A stretch of DNA of 22,262 nucleotides from a virus (lineage: Duplodnaviria > Heunggongvirae > Uroviricota > Caudoviricetes), in the IMG/VR virus record IMGVR_UViG_2913147268_000007; one strand, given 5' to 3'. The translations under genes were made by a program, and so were the position numbers. The first letter of the stretch is position 1, and each line of letters starts with the position of its first letter. The notes under the pieces are model-generated. The model saw only the letters and a program-made list of their open reading frames with translations. It made no database searches and was not told where the DNA came from. This document shows, in pieces, positions 1 to 9,792 of the stretch.

Positions 1-1293
<1,293 letters not shown>

Positions 1294-1413
1294 TACCCAA
1301 TTTTTCTGAATCTAAAAAGCGCCTGCGGGCGCTTTAAGTAGAGGTTTAATCATTTGAAAATAAATGGATTTTATTTTTAAGTGTCCATATAACGTCCATC
1401 TTTGAATGCAAAA

Positions 1414-1448
1414 AGCCCACAGCTTCTATGCTGTGGGCTTTGTTTTTT
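1414..1448 (+). terminator. Rho-independent terminator downstream of serS
   Basis: Perfect 10-bp stem agcccacagc (1414-1423) / gctgtgggct (1430-1439), 6-nt loop, then T-rich tract ttgtttttt. Confidence 0.7.
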
Positions 1449-1470
1449 GGTGTCCTCATGAGTGAGGGAA

Positions 1471-1505
1471 CCAAAAAGAAAACCCGCAGTTTTTACGCTG
1501 CGGGC
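1471..1505 (-). terminator. Rho-independent terminator for the minus-strand hok-like transcript
   Basis: Stem acccgcag / ctgcgggc (about 1482-1505); on the minus strand it is followed by the U-tract ttttcttttt (complement of 1471-1481). It faces the serS terminator. Confidence 0.5.
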
Positions 1506-1598
1506 TTGTTGTTCACGTCAACTGGAAATAGGGTGCCTTTTCGACCTTTACCCTGGCAACCGATTGACGGGGAAGTTGCCTTCCCCGTCGCGGTTTCC

Positions 1599-1739
1599 TT
1601 ACTGCTTACACTGTAAGAACGCCGCAAACTCCGCTCCCCAGAAACTCATCCGTATTTCACACAGCGAACCGTGCAGCATCCAGATGATGAGGATTGCCGT
1701 CACGCAGAATGTGATGGCCGTAAGCGATTTTTGCGACAT
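1599..1739 (-). CDS. Hok/Gef-family type I toxin, 46 aa
   Basis: Hand translation of the minus strand from ATG (complement of 1737-1739) to TAA (complement of 1599-1601): MSQKSLTAITFCVTAILIIWMLHGSLCEIRMSFWGAEFAAFLQCKQ. It has the N-terminal transmembrane stretch plus the SLCEIR and E-AAF-CK motifs of Hok/Gef/HokA-like toxins. AAGGAG lies 8 nt upstream of the ATG. Not in the ORF track because it is under 60 aa. Confidence 0.7.
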   Translation of the reverse strand: MSQKSLTAITFCVTAILIIWMLHGSLCEIRMSFWGAEFAAFLQCKQ

Positions 1740-1842
1740 AGCGCTTGCTCCTTTTTCGGGGAGGCGCTAACCTATCACTTGCTGAGGGTAGATGGTTAGG
1801 GCCTCGGGTTAACGTTAAAGTTGACTCGGGGCCTTTCCACAT
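1657..1842 (-). CDS. mok-like overlapping reading frame (modulator of killing), 61 aa
   Basis: ORF in a different frame that starts upstream of the hok-like ATG, overlaps it and ends inside the toxin ORF, which is the arrangement of mok relative to hok. Positional call only; its sequence is not diagnostic. Confidence 0.35.
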   Translation of the reverse strand: MWKGPESTLTLTRGPNHLPSASDRLAPPRKRSKRYVAKIAYGHHILRDGNPHHLDAARFAV

Positions 1843-1930
1843 CTGGCCTTCGGGTATTCCCTCCGACCATCAGCCGAAAGGCACCCGCACGTAATCTATC
1901 GCTTTTTTGTTACTCCGGCAATTCTGCCTG

Positions 1931-2191
1931 TTAATTCTGAGATAAAGGCAAACTCATCTGATTGTTTCCCCTGTGTGAAGCTGGCAGATCATGCCACGGG
2001 ATACCTTCTGAAGAGTGAACGCCGGAGGCGTGTTTTGATGTGAATTTATGGAAAGCTTCCAGTGTTGAGAAGCATACGCCGCATTCCAGATTGTTACACT
2101 GGTAATACTTTTGCCGCACGGTGTTTGAATCATTTTCCGGACGACTGGTGCGGATACGGGCAGATGCGCCACAAAGCGGACAACGGAACAT
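1931..2191 (-). CDS. ogr: Ogr/Delta-family zinc-finger late-gene transcription activator
   Basis: N-terminus MFRCPLCGASARIRTSR...YYQCNNLECGVCFST matches the Cys4 pattern of P2 Ogr (MFHCPLC...ARTSR...QC.N..C). RBS AAGGGAGG is upstream of the ATG (complement of 2189-2191). The 3' end is uncertain; the ORF is 86 aa against about 72 aa for P2 Ogr. Confidence 0.8.
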   Translation of the reverse strand: MFRCPLCGASARIRTSRPENDSNTVRQKYYQCNNLECGVCFSTLEAFHKFTSKHASGVHSSEGIPWHDLPASHRGNNQMSLPLSQN

Positions 2192-2231
2192 AGCGACCTC
2201 CCTTAACGTGGTGCTGCCTATTCTAAGTTGC

Positions 2232-3341
2232 TCACTCTGTTTCCGCTATCCATTCCGGGATTTTTGCCTCAAGCTCAAGCTGCGTGGTAAAACCGCTGTT
2301 ATCAATGGTGTGCTCGGCTTTTGCAATGATCCAGTCCTGATTATCAATCTCGCTTTTAAATCCTGTTACCGTGCCATGCATTTCGGGGTAGAGTTCTGCA
2401 CGTCCACGCGCCAGCGTGATGGAGAATGATGCGGCTCCGCGTTGTAGTTGCTGCCACTTTGCCGCCGCTGCGCGTCTTGCTGCCTGCTCGTTCTGATAAG
2501 TCTTGCGTAACACAAACACATTGCCTTCCGCGCCTTCCATATAATCACCTTCGCGGCTGCTGCTTTTCTCCTTTTTGGGTTTTGGCGGTTTACGGCGTTT
2601 CACGCTGACTTTTTTCTTTTTCCCGTAATTAAGATCAAGCCAGTAAGCGCGTACCCCCGTATACGCTTCGCGGTCAGCAATGCGGAACTGATGGCGATCG
2701 CCGCTGCTGCGTGTGATGGCAAACGATGGCAACGGCTGGCCCTGTGCGTTCACGCCACCGCCGGGCATGATGAATAACAGATTACCGCTTTTTACCGTGG
2801 TGATTGCGCCCAGCATTTCCGCCATGCGCGTAAGGAAGGACATGTCGCTTTCTTCGGTCTGGTCGGCGTGGTCGATTTCGATATCCATCAGCATTTCGCT
2901 GATTTGCGGTTTCAGACCATACCGATGAGCGATGGCGGATACCACACGCTCAACGGTCACATCATGCCAGGACACCTCACGTTTAACGTTAAATTCATCC
3001 CGAAAATCTGCGCTTCTGGCTGAAACAGTCAGCCTGTCCGGCGGTCCTTCGTGAGCGATTTCATCAACAATGTAAGTGCCTTTTTCTGTCAGCGGTTCTC
3101 CTTTCCAGCCAATGAGAACCGTCAGGCGCGCGCCCCGTGGCGGTAGCTGCAACTGACCATCCGCATCATCCAGCGTGATGGTGAGCTGGTCCGCCTCAAA
3201 TCCCCGGTTGTCGGTCAGTGACAGGCTCATCAGGCGCTCTGCCACGCCTGACAGCGTTTTACCCTCCGCGAGAATATCAAAATCCGGCATTTTCACGGGG
3301 TCTGTGCCCTGACTGAGCAATTGCATGGTGGTGTCGGTCAT
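2232..3341 (-). CDS. D: P2 gpD-like tail protein (late control gene D family)
   Basis: Track ORF 2232..3473 trimmed to the internal ATG at complement 3339-3341 (MTDTTMQLLSQG...), which is preceded by GGGAGGGAG. Size of about 369 aa and sequence character fit phage tail protein D. It sits beside ogr as in P2. Confidence 0.85.
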   Translation of the reverse strand: MTDTTMQLLSQGTDPVKMPDFDILAEGKTLSGVAERLMSLSLTDNRGFEADQLTITLDDADGQLQLPPRGARLTVLIGWKGEPLTEKGTYIVDEIAHEGPPDRLTVSARSADFRDEFNVKREVSWHDVTVERVVSAIAHRYGLKPQISEMLMDIEIDHADQTEESDMSFLTRMAEMLGAITTVKSGNLLFIMPGGGVNAQGQPLPSFAITRSSGDRHQFRIADREAYTGVRAYWLDLNYGKKKKVSVKRRKPPKPKKEKSSSREGDYMEGAEGNVFVLRKTYQNEQAARRAAAAKWQQLQRGAASFSITLARGRAELYPEMHGTVTGFKSEIDNQDWIIAKAEHTIDNSGFTTQLELEAKIPEWIAETE

Positions 3342-3498
3342 CTGCTCCCTCCCTGTGCGGCATGGTCGCATGTGCGTGCGGAGGGGGTTACTGCTTTTTG
3401 TTGTCGCCGTGGCGGGAGAACGGCGCAGGGGTGAGATTACGCGCGTGGTGGGTGATGATTGTTGCCGAATCATTTAACGGATACAAGGGGCTGAAGCT

Positions 3499-4683
3499 AT
3501 GAGTGAAACTCGTTTTCATGGTGCCCGTGTCACGGAAAGTACCGACCTGGTAACAGCGATTAATGATGTTGATTCCAGCGTTATCGGTATCGTGGCAACG
3601 GCGGATGATGCGGATGCGGAGCTGTTCCCGCTGAACAAGCCCACACTGCTGACCCGCGTCAATGACGTGCTGGGAAAATGCGGGACTACGGGGACGCTTT
3701 ATCGTGCGCTTAAGGCTATCGCAGACCAGGTGAGCACAAAAGTGATCGTCGTTCGCGTGGCTGAACACAAAGAAGAAGGCGGTAGGACGCAGGATCAACT
3801 GGTTATCGGTGGTTCTGAATCTGACGGCAGCTATACGGGGATGTATGCGCTGCTTGTTGCAGAGCAGGATGAAAGCATCGGATACCGTCCGCGTATTCTG
3901 GCCGCGCCGGAGCTGGACACGGAGGCGGTGACAAAATCCCTGTGCGTGATTGCGGGTAAACTGCGCGCGTTTGTGTATGCCACATGTCATGGTTGTAACA
4001 CGATGGCTGAGGCGATTACCTACCGCCAGAAATTCAACGAACGTGAGGTGATGCTCTTATGGCCTGACTTCATCGCCTACAACCCGAAAAGTGGCAAAAA
4101 CGAAACGTTCCCCGCGCCTGCTTATGCGTGCGGCCTTCGTGCGTACATTGACCATGAGCAGGGCTGGCACAAATCGCTGTCCAACGTTCCGGTTAAAAAT
4201 GTGCTGGGGATGTCGAGGCATGTGTTCTGGTCGTTACAGGCCGAAGACAGTGATGCCAACAGCCTCAACAACAAAGAAATCACGACCATTATTCGTCGTA
4301 ACGGGTTCCGCTTCTGGGGCAACCGCACACCGGAAACGAACGCCTACATCTTTGAGGTGTATACCCGAACCGCACAGGTGCTGGCTGATTCAATTGCGGA
4401 AGCGCAGTTTGAAACCATCGACAGTCCACTGACGCCTGCGAACGTGAAGGATGTTATCAGTGCCATCAGGGCAAAATTGGATTCGCTGGTTACTGCCGGG
4501 AAACTGATTGGCGCGGAGTGCTGGTATGACGTGGTGGATAACGGCACCACGGATTTACGTCAGGGGCGTGTGCGTATTCGCTACAAATATACGCCCGTTC
4601 CCCCGCTGGAAGACATGGAGCTTTACCAGACGTTTACTGATGAATTCTTTGGTCCCGCATTTGCGGTGCTGGGAGGTGCCTGA
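3499..4683 (+). CDS. FI: Contractile tail sheath protein (P2 FI-like), 394 aa
   Basis: Conserved sheath blocks shared with P2 FI: ADDADAE.FPLNKP, KLRAF.Y, WPDF, IDHEQGWHKSLSNV, IRRNGFRFWGNRT, YTPVPPLE. RBS aagggg upstream. Confidence 0.93.
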   Translation: MSETRFHGARVTESTDLVTAINDVDSSVIGIVATADDADAELFPLNKPTLLTRVNDVLGKCGTTGTLYRALKAIADQVSTKVIVVRVAEHKEEGGRTQDQLVIGGSESDGSYTGMYALLVAEQDESIGYRPRILAAPELDTEAVTKSLCVIAGKLRAFVYATCHGCNTMAEAITYRQKFNEREVMLLWPDFIAYNPKSGKNETFPAPAYACGLRAYIDHEQGWHKSLSNVPVKNVLGMSRHVFWSLQAEDSDANSLNNKEITTIIRRNGFRFWGNRTPETNAYIFEVYTRTAQVLADSIAEAQFETIDSPLTPANVKDVISAIRAKLDSLVTAGKLIGAECWYDVVDNGTTDLRQGRVRIRYKYTPVPPLEDMELYQTFTDEFFGPAFAVLGGA

Positions 4684-5195
4684 TGGCTGTACCAAAACAT
4701 CTTCGCTTTTTTACGTTGTTTGTGGATGGTGAAAACGAAGTGGGTAAAGTGACATCCGTCACGCCGCCCAAACTGACGCGCAAAACCGACAGCTATCGTG
4801 GTGGTGGCATGATGGGAGCAGTAAGTATTGATCTCGGTCTGGACGACTCCGCGCTTGATGCGAGCTTTGTCATGGGGGGAGCTGTTCGTGCACTGTTCCT
4901 TAAGTATGGCGGCACGATTGACGGCACGCTGCTGCGTTTTGCGGGTGAATATTACACCGATGCAGAAAGCGATCTGTATGAAATCGAGATGCGCGGGCGT
5001 GTGACGGAAATTGATATGGGGGAGGCCAAACAGGGCGAAGCCACATCACACACTTACGCTGTCAAAAACACCTACTACAAGCTGAGCGTTAACGATCGCC
5101 CGCTGTGGGAAATCGACCTGTTGAACCACATCTACCGGAAGGACGGCAAGGACATTGTGCCTGACCGCATTCGTTCCGCGCTTGGGCTTGGCTGA
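4683..5195 (+). CDS. FII: Tail tube protein (P2 FII-like), 170 aa
   Basis: ATG overlaps the sheath stop (TGATG). PKLTRK, YRGGGM, LGLDD, RFAG.Y and MRGR motifs are typical of FII tube proteins. Confidence 0.9.
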   Translation: MAVPKHLRFFTLFVDGENEVGKVTSVTPPKLTRKTDSYRGGGMMGAVSIDLGLDDSALDASFVMGGAVRALFLKYGGTIDGTLLRFAGEYYTDAESDLYEIEMRGRVTEIDMGEAKQGEATSHTYAVKNTYYKLSVNDRPLWEIDLLNHIYRKDGKDIVPDRIRSALGLG

Positions 5196-5250
5196 TAAGT
5201 AATATGCAGGCGGCGCAGTGCGTCGCCTCTGACTGAAAAGGAGACAACTG

Positions 5251-5625
5251 ATGAAAGATATCGATACTGAAACCCGGAATAACACCGTAGCGGATGATGT
5301 GACGTCAGGTGAGGATATGGCTGTCGAACGTGGTGTAAAACTTTCCCGGCCAATTGAGCGTGGTGCCGAAAAAATCACATATGTGGAGATCACCGGGGCT
5401 ATTGAGCAGGCGGGATCCCTGCGTGGTCTGTCGCTGTCTGATGTGCTGAATCTGAAAGCGGATACCATGTTCACGCTGTTGCCTCGCGTGACCTCGCCAC
5501 GACTGGATGAAGTGATGATTAAAAAAATGTCGTCACGCGATTTTATTCAGTTGTGCGCTGTGGCTGTAAATTTTATGAGCGAGCCAGACTCTGGCGCGAA
5601 GAGCGTGCAGGAGACGGCAGCGTAA
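5251..5625 (+). CDS. E: Tail assembly chaperone E (zero-frame product)
   Basis: 124-aa ORF in the position between tube and tape measure that gpE occupies in P2 and lambda G occupies in lambda; acidic N-terminus. Confidence 0.8.
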   Translation: MKDIDTETRNNTVADDVTSGEDMAVERGVKLSRPIERGAEKITYVEITGAIEQAGSLRGLSLSDVLNLKADTMFTLLPRVTSPRLDEVMIKKMSSRDFIQLCAVAVNFMSEPDSGAKSVQETAA

Positions 5626-5789
5626 TCACCCTGGTGTGCTTTGAGCACATCGAAGATCTGGTGGCGGATATTGCCGCCATTTTCAACTGGTCGCCCGCCG
5701 AAATCTTCATGATGACGCCCGGCGAAGTGGTTAGCTGGCGTGAGCGGGCGGCACTTCGCAGCGGGAATGCAGATAATGAAGACTCTTGA
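5251..5789 (+). CDS. E': E+E' fusion chaperone made by programmed -1 ribosomal frameshift
   Basis: The -1 frame is open from 5523 to 5789 and overlaps the tape-measure start. A canonical X_XXY_YYZ heptamer A_AAT_TTT lies at 5568-5574 with the zero-frame codons AAT (Asn) and TTT (Phe). The predicted product is about 179 aa. Confidence 0.6.
5568..5574 (+). promoter_or_regulatory. Candidate -1 frameshift slippery heptamer A_AAT_TTT
   Basis: Fits X_XXY_YYZ in the E reading frame. An alternative slip site is the A7 run at 5521-5527, but a -1 frame stop (TAA 5520-5522) makes tandem slippage there less canonical. Confidence 0.5.
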
Positions 5790-8583
5790 CATCCGGGTCG
5801 CTTTCAGCGCCGTTGACAGGCTGACCCGGCCTGCCGAAAACGCCCGCCGCCTGATGGGGCAGTTTGGTGACTCCATTCAGCGAACGCAGGGGGCGATCAA
5901 AAATCTCGAGCGTCAGGCGCGTTCATTTGAGCGCGCCCGCGACGCTGTCAGTAAAGCGGATGCGGGTATCGTGAAAGCACGACGCCAGCTTAACGCCCTT
6001 AATCAGTTACAACGCACGGGTACAGTGCTCAGCGAAAAACAACAAAAGCTGATGCAGCAGTTAAGCACCCGGCTTGAACGCCTGAATGAATCGCGCACAC
6101 GGGAAATTCAGAAAATGCGGGAGCTTGGCGGAGAACTGAAACGCCACGGCATTTCCCTGACAGGCAGCGATAACACCATCCAGCAGGCCATCAGACGCAC
6201 CGAACAATACAACAACCAGCTTGAACGCGAACGGCAGGCGCTTGCGCGTGTAACGCAGGCTCGTGAGCGGTATTCGCGCGCGCAGGAAACCGCGGGAAAA
6301 CTGAAAACAGGTGGTGCGCTGGCAATTGGTGCGGCAGCGGCGGGCGGCTATGCTGCCGGGCGTTTTTTGCAGCCCGCGATCGGGTTCGGCAAAGAGATGT
6401 CCCGCGTTCAGGCGCTGACGCGAATCGACAAAAACAGCCCGCAGTTTAAGGCGCTGCGTGAGCAGGCGTTAAAACTTGGCTCTGAAACACAGTTTACTGC
6501 GAGTGATGCCGCCAGTGGGCAGAGCTTTCTGGCAATGGCTGGTTTTACTCCGCAGGCCATTCAGGCCGCATTGCCCGGTGTTCTTAATATGGCGCTGGCA
6601 GGTGGCGTCGAACTCGGCGAGACGGCTGATATAGGCTCCAATATCCTCACACAGTTCAACCTGACAGCCGATCAAATGGACCGGGTTGGCGATACGCTGA
6701 CAGCGGCATTCACCCGGACCAATACTGATTTACGCGCGCTGGGCGAAACCATGAAGTATACCGGTCCGGTTGCCGCAAAACTTGGTATCAGTCTTGAAGA
6801 AGCGGCAGCCATGGCCGGGATGCTTGCCAATAATGGTCTTCGTGGAAGCGATGCTGGTACGGCCATGCGCGCAAGTCTGTCCCGCCTTGCATCACCGCCA
6901 AAAGCTGCGGCTGATGCGCTGAAAGAGCTGGGGGTGTCAGTTGCTGACGCCAGAGGCAAAATGCGCCCGATGGAGGATGTGCTGCTTGATCTCTATAAGG
7001 CGACACAAAAATACGGACAGGTGGACCAGGTTTCCTTCTTCAAGGACATCGCCGGAGAAGAGGCGTTCGTTGGTTTGCAGACGCTTGTTGCGGCGGCTGG
7101 TTCAGGAGAGCTGCAAAAACTGACCAGAGAATTGCAGGGGGCAAGGGGAGAGGCCGATCGCGTTGCAAAAGTAATGGCCGATAATCTTGATGGGGACCTG
7201 AAAAATCTCGACAGCGCATGGGAAGGTCTTCGTATTCGCATCAGTGATCTGGTTGACGGTCCGCTGCGTTCTGTCACGCAGTGGCTCACGCGGGTGCTTG
7301 AAAAAATCACCTCGCTGGCGCAGGCCCATCCGGTACTGACGCGCCAGCTACTGATAGCAGGCGGTGCGTTGCTGGCAATGACTGCAACGGTTGGCTCGTT
7401 GTCGCTGGCTATTGGTGTGCTTGCTGGCCCGCTGGCAAAACTGCGTCTTGGCTTTTCCCTCCTGACCGGTTCAATGAATGCTGTCAGACTCCTGCCAGCA
7501 CTATGGGGAATGGTGACGGGTTCCGTTTCGTTACTGGGGGGCGCTATCGGGGCGTTGTTCAGTCCGGTCGGCCTTATCGTGGCTGCGCTTGCCGGAGCTG
7601 CCGTTCTCATCTGGAAATACTGGGATCCCATCAGGGCATTTTTTGCCGGGGTGTTCAGCGGGATTATGGAAAGGCTGACCCCGTTGCGCGAAACCTTTGA
7701 ACGGTTTGGTCCTGTTTTTGACGCAATCGGGAGTGGGATCAGCCAGGTGTTTAACTGGTTTAAATCGCTGCTGTCTCCGATGGAGTCCAGCAAGGAAACT
7801 CTGGATAAATGTACCAGTGCTGGCGAGATATTCGGTAACGTTCTTGGCGGTGCGTTACAACTTGTTCTGACACCTGCAAAAATGTTGCTGGATACGCTGG
7901 CGTGGATACTTGAAAAGCTTGGTGTGCTTCCGGATGAAGCGGAAAGGGCGCGCAAGAAAATCGAAGACGCACAGCGTGCGGCCATTCTTCAGGACAAGGT
8001 TGCCTTGCTTCAGGGGGACCTGGCGAAAATCAATCCGCCGAAGCCTGTGGAAAATGGCAATGGCACCGGAGGTGATAACCCCAAAGACAATAAACCGCTC
8101 ACAGACAGCAATACCGGTACGCTGCGCAGACTCAGCAAAATTGCTGATAACACAGGTAAGCTGGTTGAGGAGACGAAAAAACGCATTGGCCCCGGCGATA
8201 TTGTCTTTAAAAACCTGCCCCGAGCACTTGCTGTTCGTGGGGAGTGGCAGGAGCGGAAGATTGCGCAGGTCAGTAAGCCTGCCCCCGCAATTAATATCAC
8301 ACCCGTGGTCCCGGCTCCGCTGCCTCCGGCGCTGGTCCCTGTTGTTGCGGCCAGCTCCCGCCCGGTGGCGGAGGCTATACGATCTCCAGTGGCATCAGTT
8401 CCTGTAACTTCCCGTAACCGGGAGCCTGTTGCCTCCGGATTTGGTGGTGAAATTCATGTTCATCTGCATAACGTTGTTACGCAGAATCCCCGCGAACTGG
8501 CGAAACTGGTCGGTGAAATGGTCAGGGCAGAAATGGAACGGCGCGCCCGTGCCGGGCGTGGCAGTTTTTACGATAAAGATTGA
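5767..8583 (+). CDS. T: Tail tape measure protein (P2 gpT-like)
   Basis: An ORF of about 940 aa following E/E', with a coiled-coil-rich N-terminus, Gly/Ala-rich hydrophobic segments in the middle and a C-terminal region. The start is uncertain among GTG 5740, ATG 5767 and ATG 5776. Confidence 0.9.
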   Translation: MQIMKTLDIRVAFSAVDRLTRPAENARRLMGQFGDSIQRTQGAIKNLERQARSFERARDAVSKADAGIVKARRQLNALNQLQRTGTVLSEKQQKLMQQLSTRLERLNESRTREIQKMRELGGELKRHGISLTGSDNTIQQAIRRTEQYNNQLERERQALARVTQARERYSRAQETAGKLKTGGALAIGAAAAGGYAAGRFLQPAIGFGKEMSRVQALTRIDKNSPQFKALREQALKLGSETQFTASDAASGQSFLAMAGFTPQAIQAALPGVLNMALAGGVELGETADIGSNILTQFNLTADQMDRVGDTLTAAFTRTNTDLRALGETMKYTGPVAAKLGISLEEAAAMAGMLANNGLRGSDAGTAMRASLSRLASPPKAAADALKELGVSVADARGKMRPMEDVLLDLYKATQKYGQVDQVSFFKDIAGEEAFVGLQTLVAAAGSGELQKLTRELQGARGEADRVAKVMADNLDGDLKNLDSAWEGLRIRISDLVDGPLRSVTQWLTRVLEKITSLAQAHPVLTRQLLIAGGALLAMTATVGSLSLAIGVLAGPLAKLRLGFSLLTGSMNAVRLLPALWGMVTGSVSLLGGAIGALFSPVGLIVAALAGAAVLIWKYWDPIRAFFAGVFSGIMERLTPLRETFERFGPVFDAIGSGISQVFNWFKSLLSPMESSKETLDKCTSAGEIFGNVLGGALQLVLTPAKMLLDTLAWILEKLGVLPDEAERARKKIEDAQRAAILQDKVALLQGDLAKINPPKPVENGNGTGGDNPKDNKPLTDSNTGTLRRLSKIADNTGKLVEETKKRIGPGDIVFKNLPRALAVRGEWQERKIAQVSKPAPAINITPVVPAPLPPALVPVVAASSRPVAEAIRSPVASVPVTSRNREPVASGFGGEIHVHLHNVVTQNPRELAKLVGEMVRAEMERRARAGRGSFYDKD

Positions 8584-8589
8584 GGAGTC

Positions 8590-9084
8590 ATGGCCATGAT
8601 GATGATCTACGGCATGTTTGTTTTTGAGCTGCGCACGCTGCCGCATCAGCAGTTACAGCAAAACAAAAGCTGGCGGCATGTGAAAAATGAACGCGTTAAC
8701 CGTTCAGCAAGCTGGCAGTATATCGGTGCAGGTGATGATCGCATCGTTCTTTCTGGTGTGCTTTATCCTGAAATTACAGGTGGCGAAGTGTCGCTGTCGC
8801 TGCTGACCACGCAGGCGTATACAGGACGACCCTGGCCTTTGATTGATGGCGTCGGGCAGATTTACGGCATGTATGTCCTGACTGAAACGAATACGACCCG
8901 CTCCGAGTTTGATCGCTACGGTAAGGCGAAAAAGATAGAATTTTCACTGACTCTTGAACGCTGTGATGAGGATTTGCGGGAGCGCCTGCAATCCTCATCG
9001 TTCAGTGATATGCTGTCCGGCTTCAAAGATAAGGTGACATCATCTCTTAACAGCGCGGCCAGTTCAGTTAAAGGGCTGTTCTGA
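8590..9084 (+). CDS. U: Tail protein U (P2 gpU-like), 164 aa
   Basis: GMFVFELRTLPHQQLQ...SWRHV.N.RVNRS...LSGVLYPEITGG closely parallels P2 gpU. RBS gaggag upstream. Confidence 0.88.
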   Translation: MAMMMIYGMFVFELRTLPHQQLQQNKSWRHVKNERVNRSASWQYIGAGDDRIVLSGVLYPEITGGEVSLSLLTTQAYTGRPWPLIDGVGQIYGMYVLTETNTTRSEFDRYGKAKKIEFSLTLERCDEDLRERLQSSSFSDMLSGFKDKVTSSLNSAASSVKGLF

Positions 9085-9094
9085 TTTAACACAA

Positions 9095-9122
9095 AAACCG
9101 CTAATGGTCAGATTAGCGGTTT
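9095..9122. terminator. Bidirectional hairpin between convergent U and invertase genes
   Basis: Perfect 11-bp inverted repeat aaaccgctaat / attagcggttt with a 6-nt loop, followed by tcattttcc. The invertase stop codon (complement of 9113-9115) lies inside the hairpin. Confidence 0.55.
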
Positions 9123-9712
9123 TCATTTTCCTGAGTCTGCCCGGTTGTTTCTTCAGTCTGTATATCGCCTACAGGGTGATAACGATAAATCGTCGATGTG
9201 CCAATGCCGTAAATTATTGCCAGTTGTTTTCTGTCGTGCCCGTTTTTGATTAGCCTTGCTATTTGCTCATGCTGTTCTTTTGTCAGCTTCGGTCGACGTC
9301 CGCCTGTGCGCCCCCTTGCGCGCGCTGCCGCCAGCCCGGCCAGTGTACGTTCAACAATTAATTCACGTTCCATTTCAGCCAGGGCACCCATCACGTGGAA
9401 GAAAAAACGCCCCATTGGAGAAGATGTGTCTATGCTGTCGGTCAGACTGCGAAAATTAATCCCTCGCTCCCGTAGTTCCCCGACGAGAGAAATCAGATGT
9501 TTCATGCTTCGCCCGAGGCGATCCAGTTTCCAGACAACCAGCGTGTCACCTTTTTGAAGGCGCTTTAAAGCGCGTTTTAATCCCGGTCGGTCTGTCTTTG
9601 TCCCGCTTAATTTATCTTCAAATATTTGTTCACATCCTGCACAAACAAGAGCGTTTCGTTGCAGGTCTGTATTCTGGTCATTTGTTGATACCCTTACATA
9701 GCCAATCAGCAC
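9113..9712 (-). CDS. Serine recombinase, DNA invertase of the Hin/Gin/Cin/Pin family
   Basis: N-terminus (V)LIGYVRVSTNDQNTDLQRNAL carries the catalytic serine; C-terminal HTH GRRPKLTKEQHEQIARLIKNGHDRKQLAIIYGIGTSTIYRY matches the Hin DNA-binding domain. The likely start is GTG at complement 9710-9712, with GGGAGA upstream; the track ORF begins at TTG 9730. Confidence 0.92.
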   Translation of the reverse strand: MLIGYVRVSTNDQNTDLQRNALVCAGCEQIFEDKLSGTKTDRPGLKRALKRLQKGDTLVVWKLDRLGRSMKHLISLVGELRERGINFRSLTDSIDTSSPMGRFFFHVMGALAEMERELIVERTLAGLAAARARGRTGGRRPKLTKEQHEQIARLIKNGHDRKQLAIIYGIGTSTIYRYHPVGDIQTEETTGQTQENENR

Positions 9713-9766
9713 ACTGAATCTCCCGTCCAAAAGCGCAAATCATGCCATGCAGGCCAGAAACGGCCA

Positions 9767-9792
9767 TTATTTAAAACCTCGGTTTACGAGAA
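9767..9792. promoter_or_regulatory. gix/hix-like invertase crossover site
   Basis: ttatttaaaacc tc ggtttacgagaa is an imperfect 12-2-12 dyad around the AAACC..GGTTT core typical of hix/gix/cix sites. It lies about 55 bp from the invertase start. Confidence 0.7.

Noticed and set aside
2232-3473. Long N-terminal extension of the gpD ORF (track ORF 413 aa)
   Set aside because: The first 44 codons are Arg/Ser/Thr/Pro-rich with no RBS. The internal ATG at complement 3339-3341 has GGGAGGGAG upstream and gives a P2 gpD-like length.
3342-3498. Ogr-dependent late promoters (TGT-N12-ACA dyad) in the divergent D/sheath intergenic region
   Set aside because: I scanned the three TGT triplets in this interval and none has ACA at the N12 position. 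Promoters are likely present but cannot be called from sequence alone.
6993-7985. 330-aa minus-strand ORF inside the tape measure gene, plus other antisense ORFs at 6672-7006 and 7102-7329
   Set aside because: They are fully embedded antisense in a GC-rich gene with a strong homology call, and their Ala/Ser/Pro/Arg-rich low-complexity translations are typical of spurious frames.
9113-9145. C-terminal extension of the invertase (PVGDIQTEETTGQTQENENR) as a possible novel domain
   Set aside because: It is only about 10 aa longer than Hin/Gin and reads into the terminator hairpin. Low-complexity tails of this kind are common and not evidence of a new function.
9246-9557. Plus-strand ORFs overlapping the invertase gene
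   Set aside because: They are antisense to a high-confidence serine recombinase gene and have no RBS or family features.
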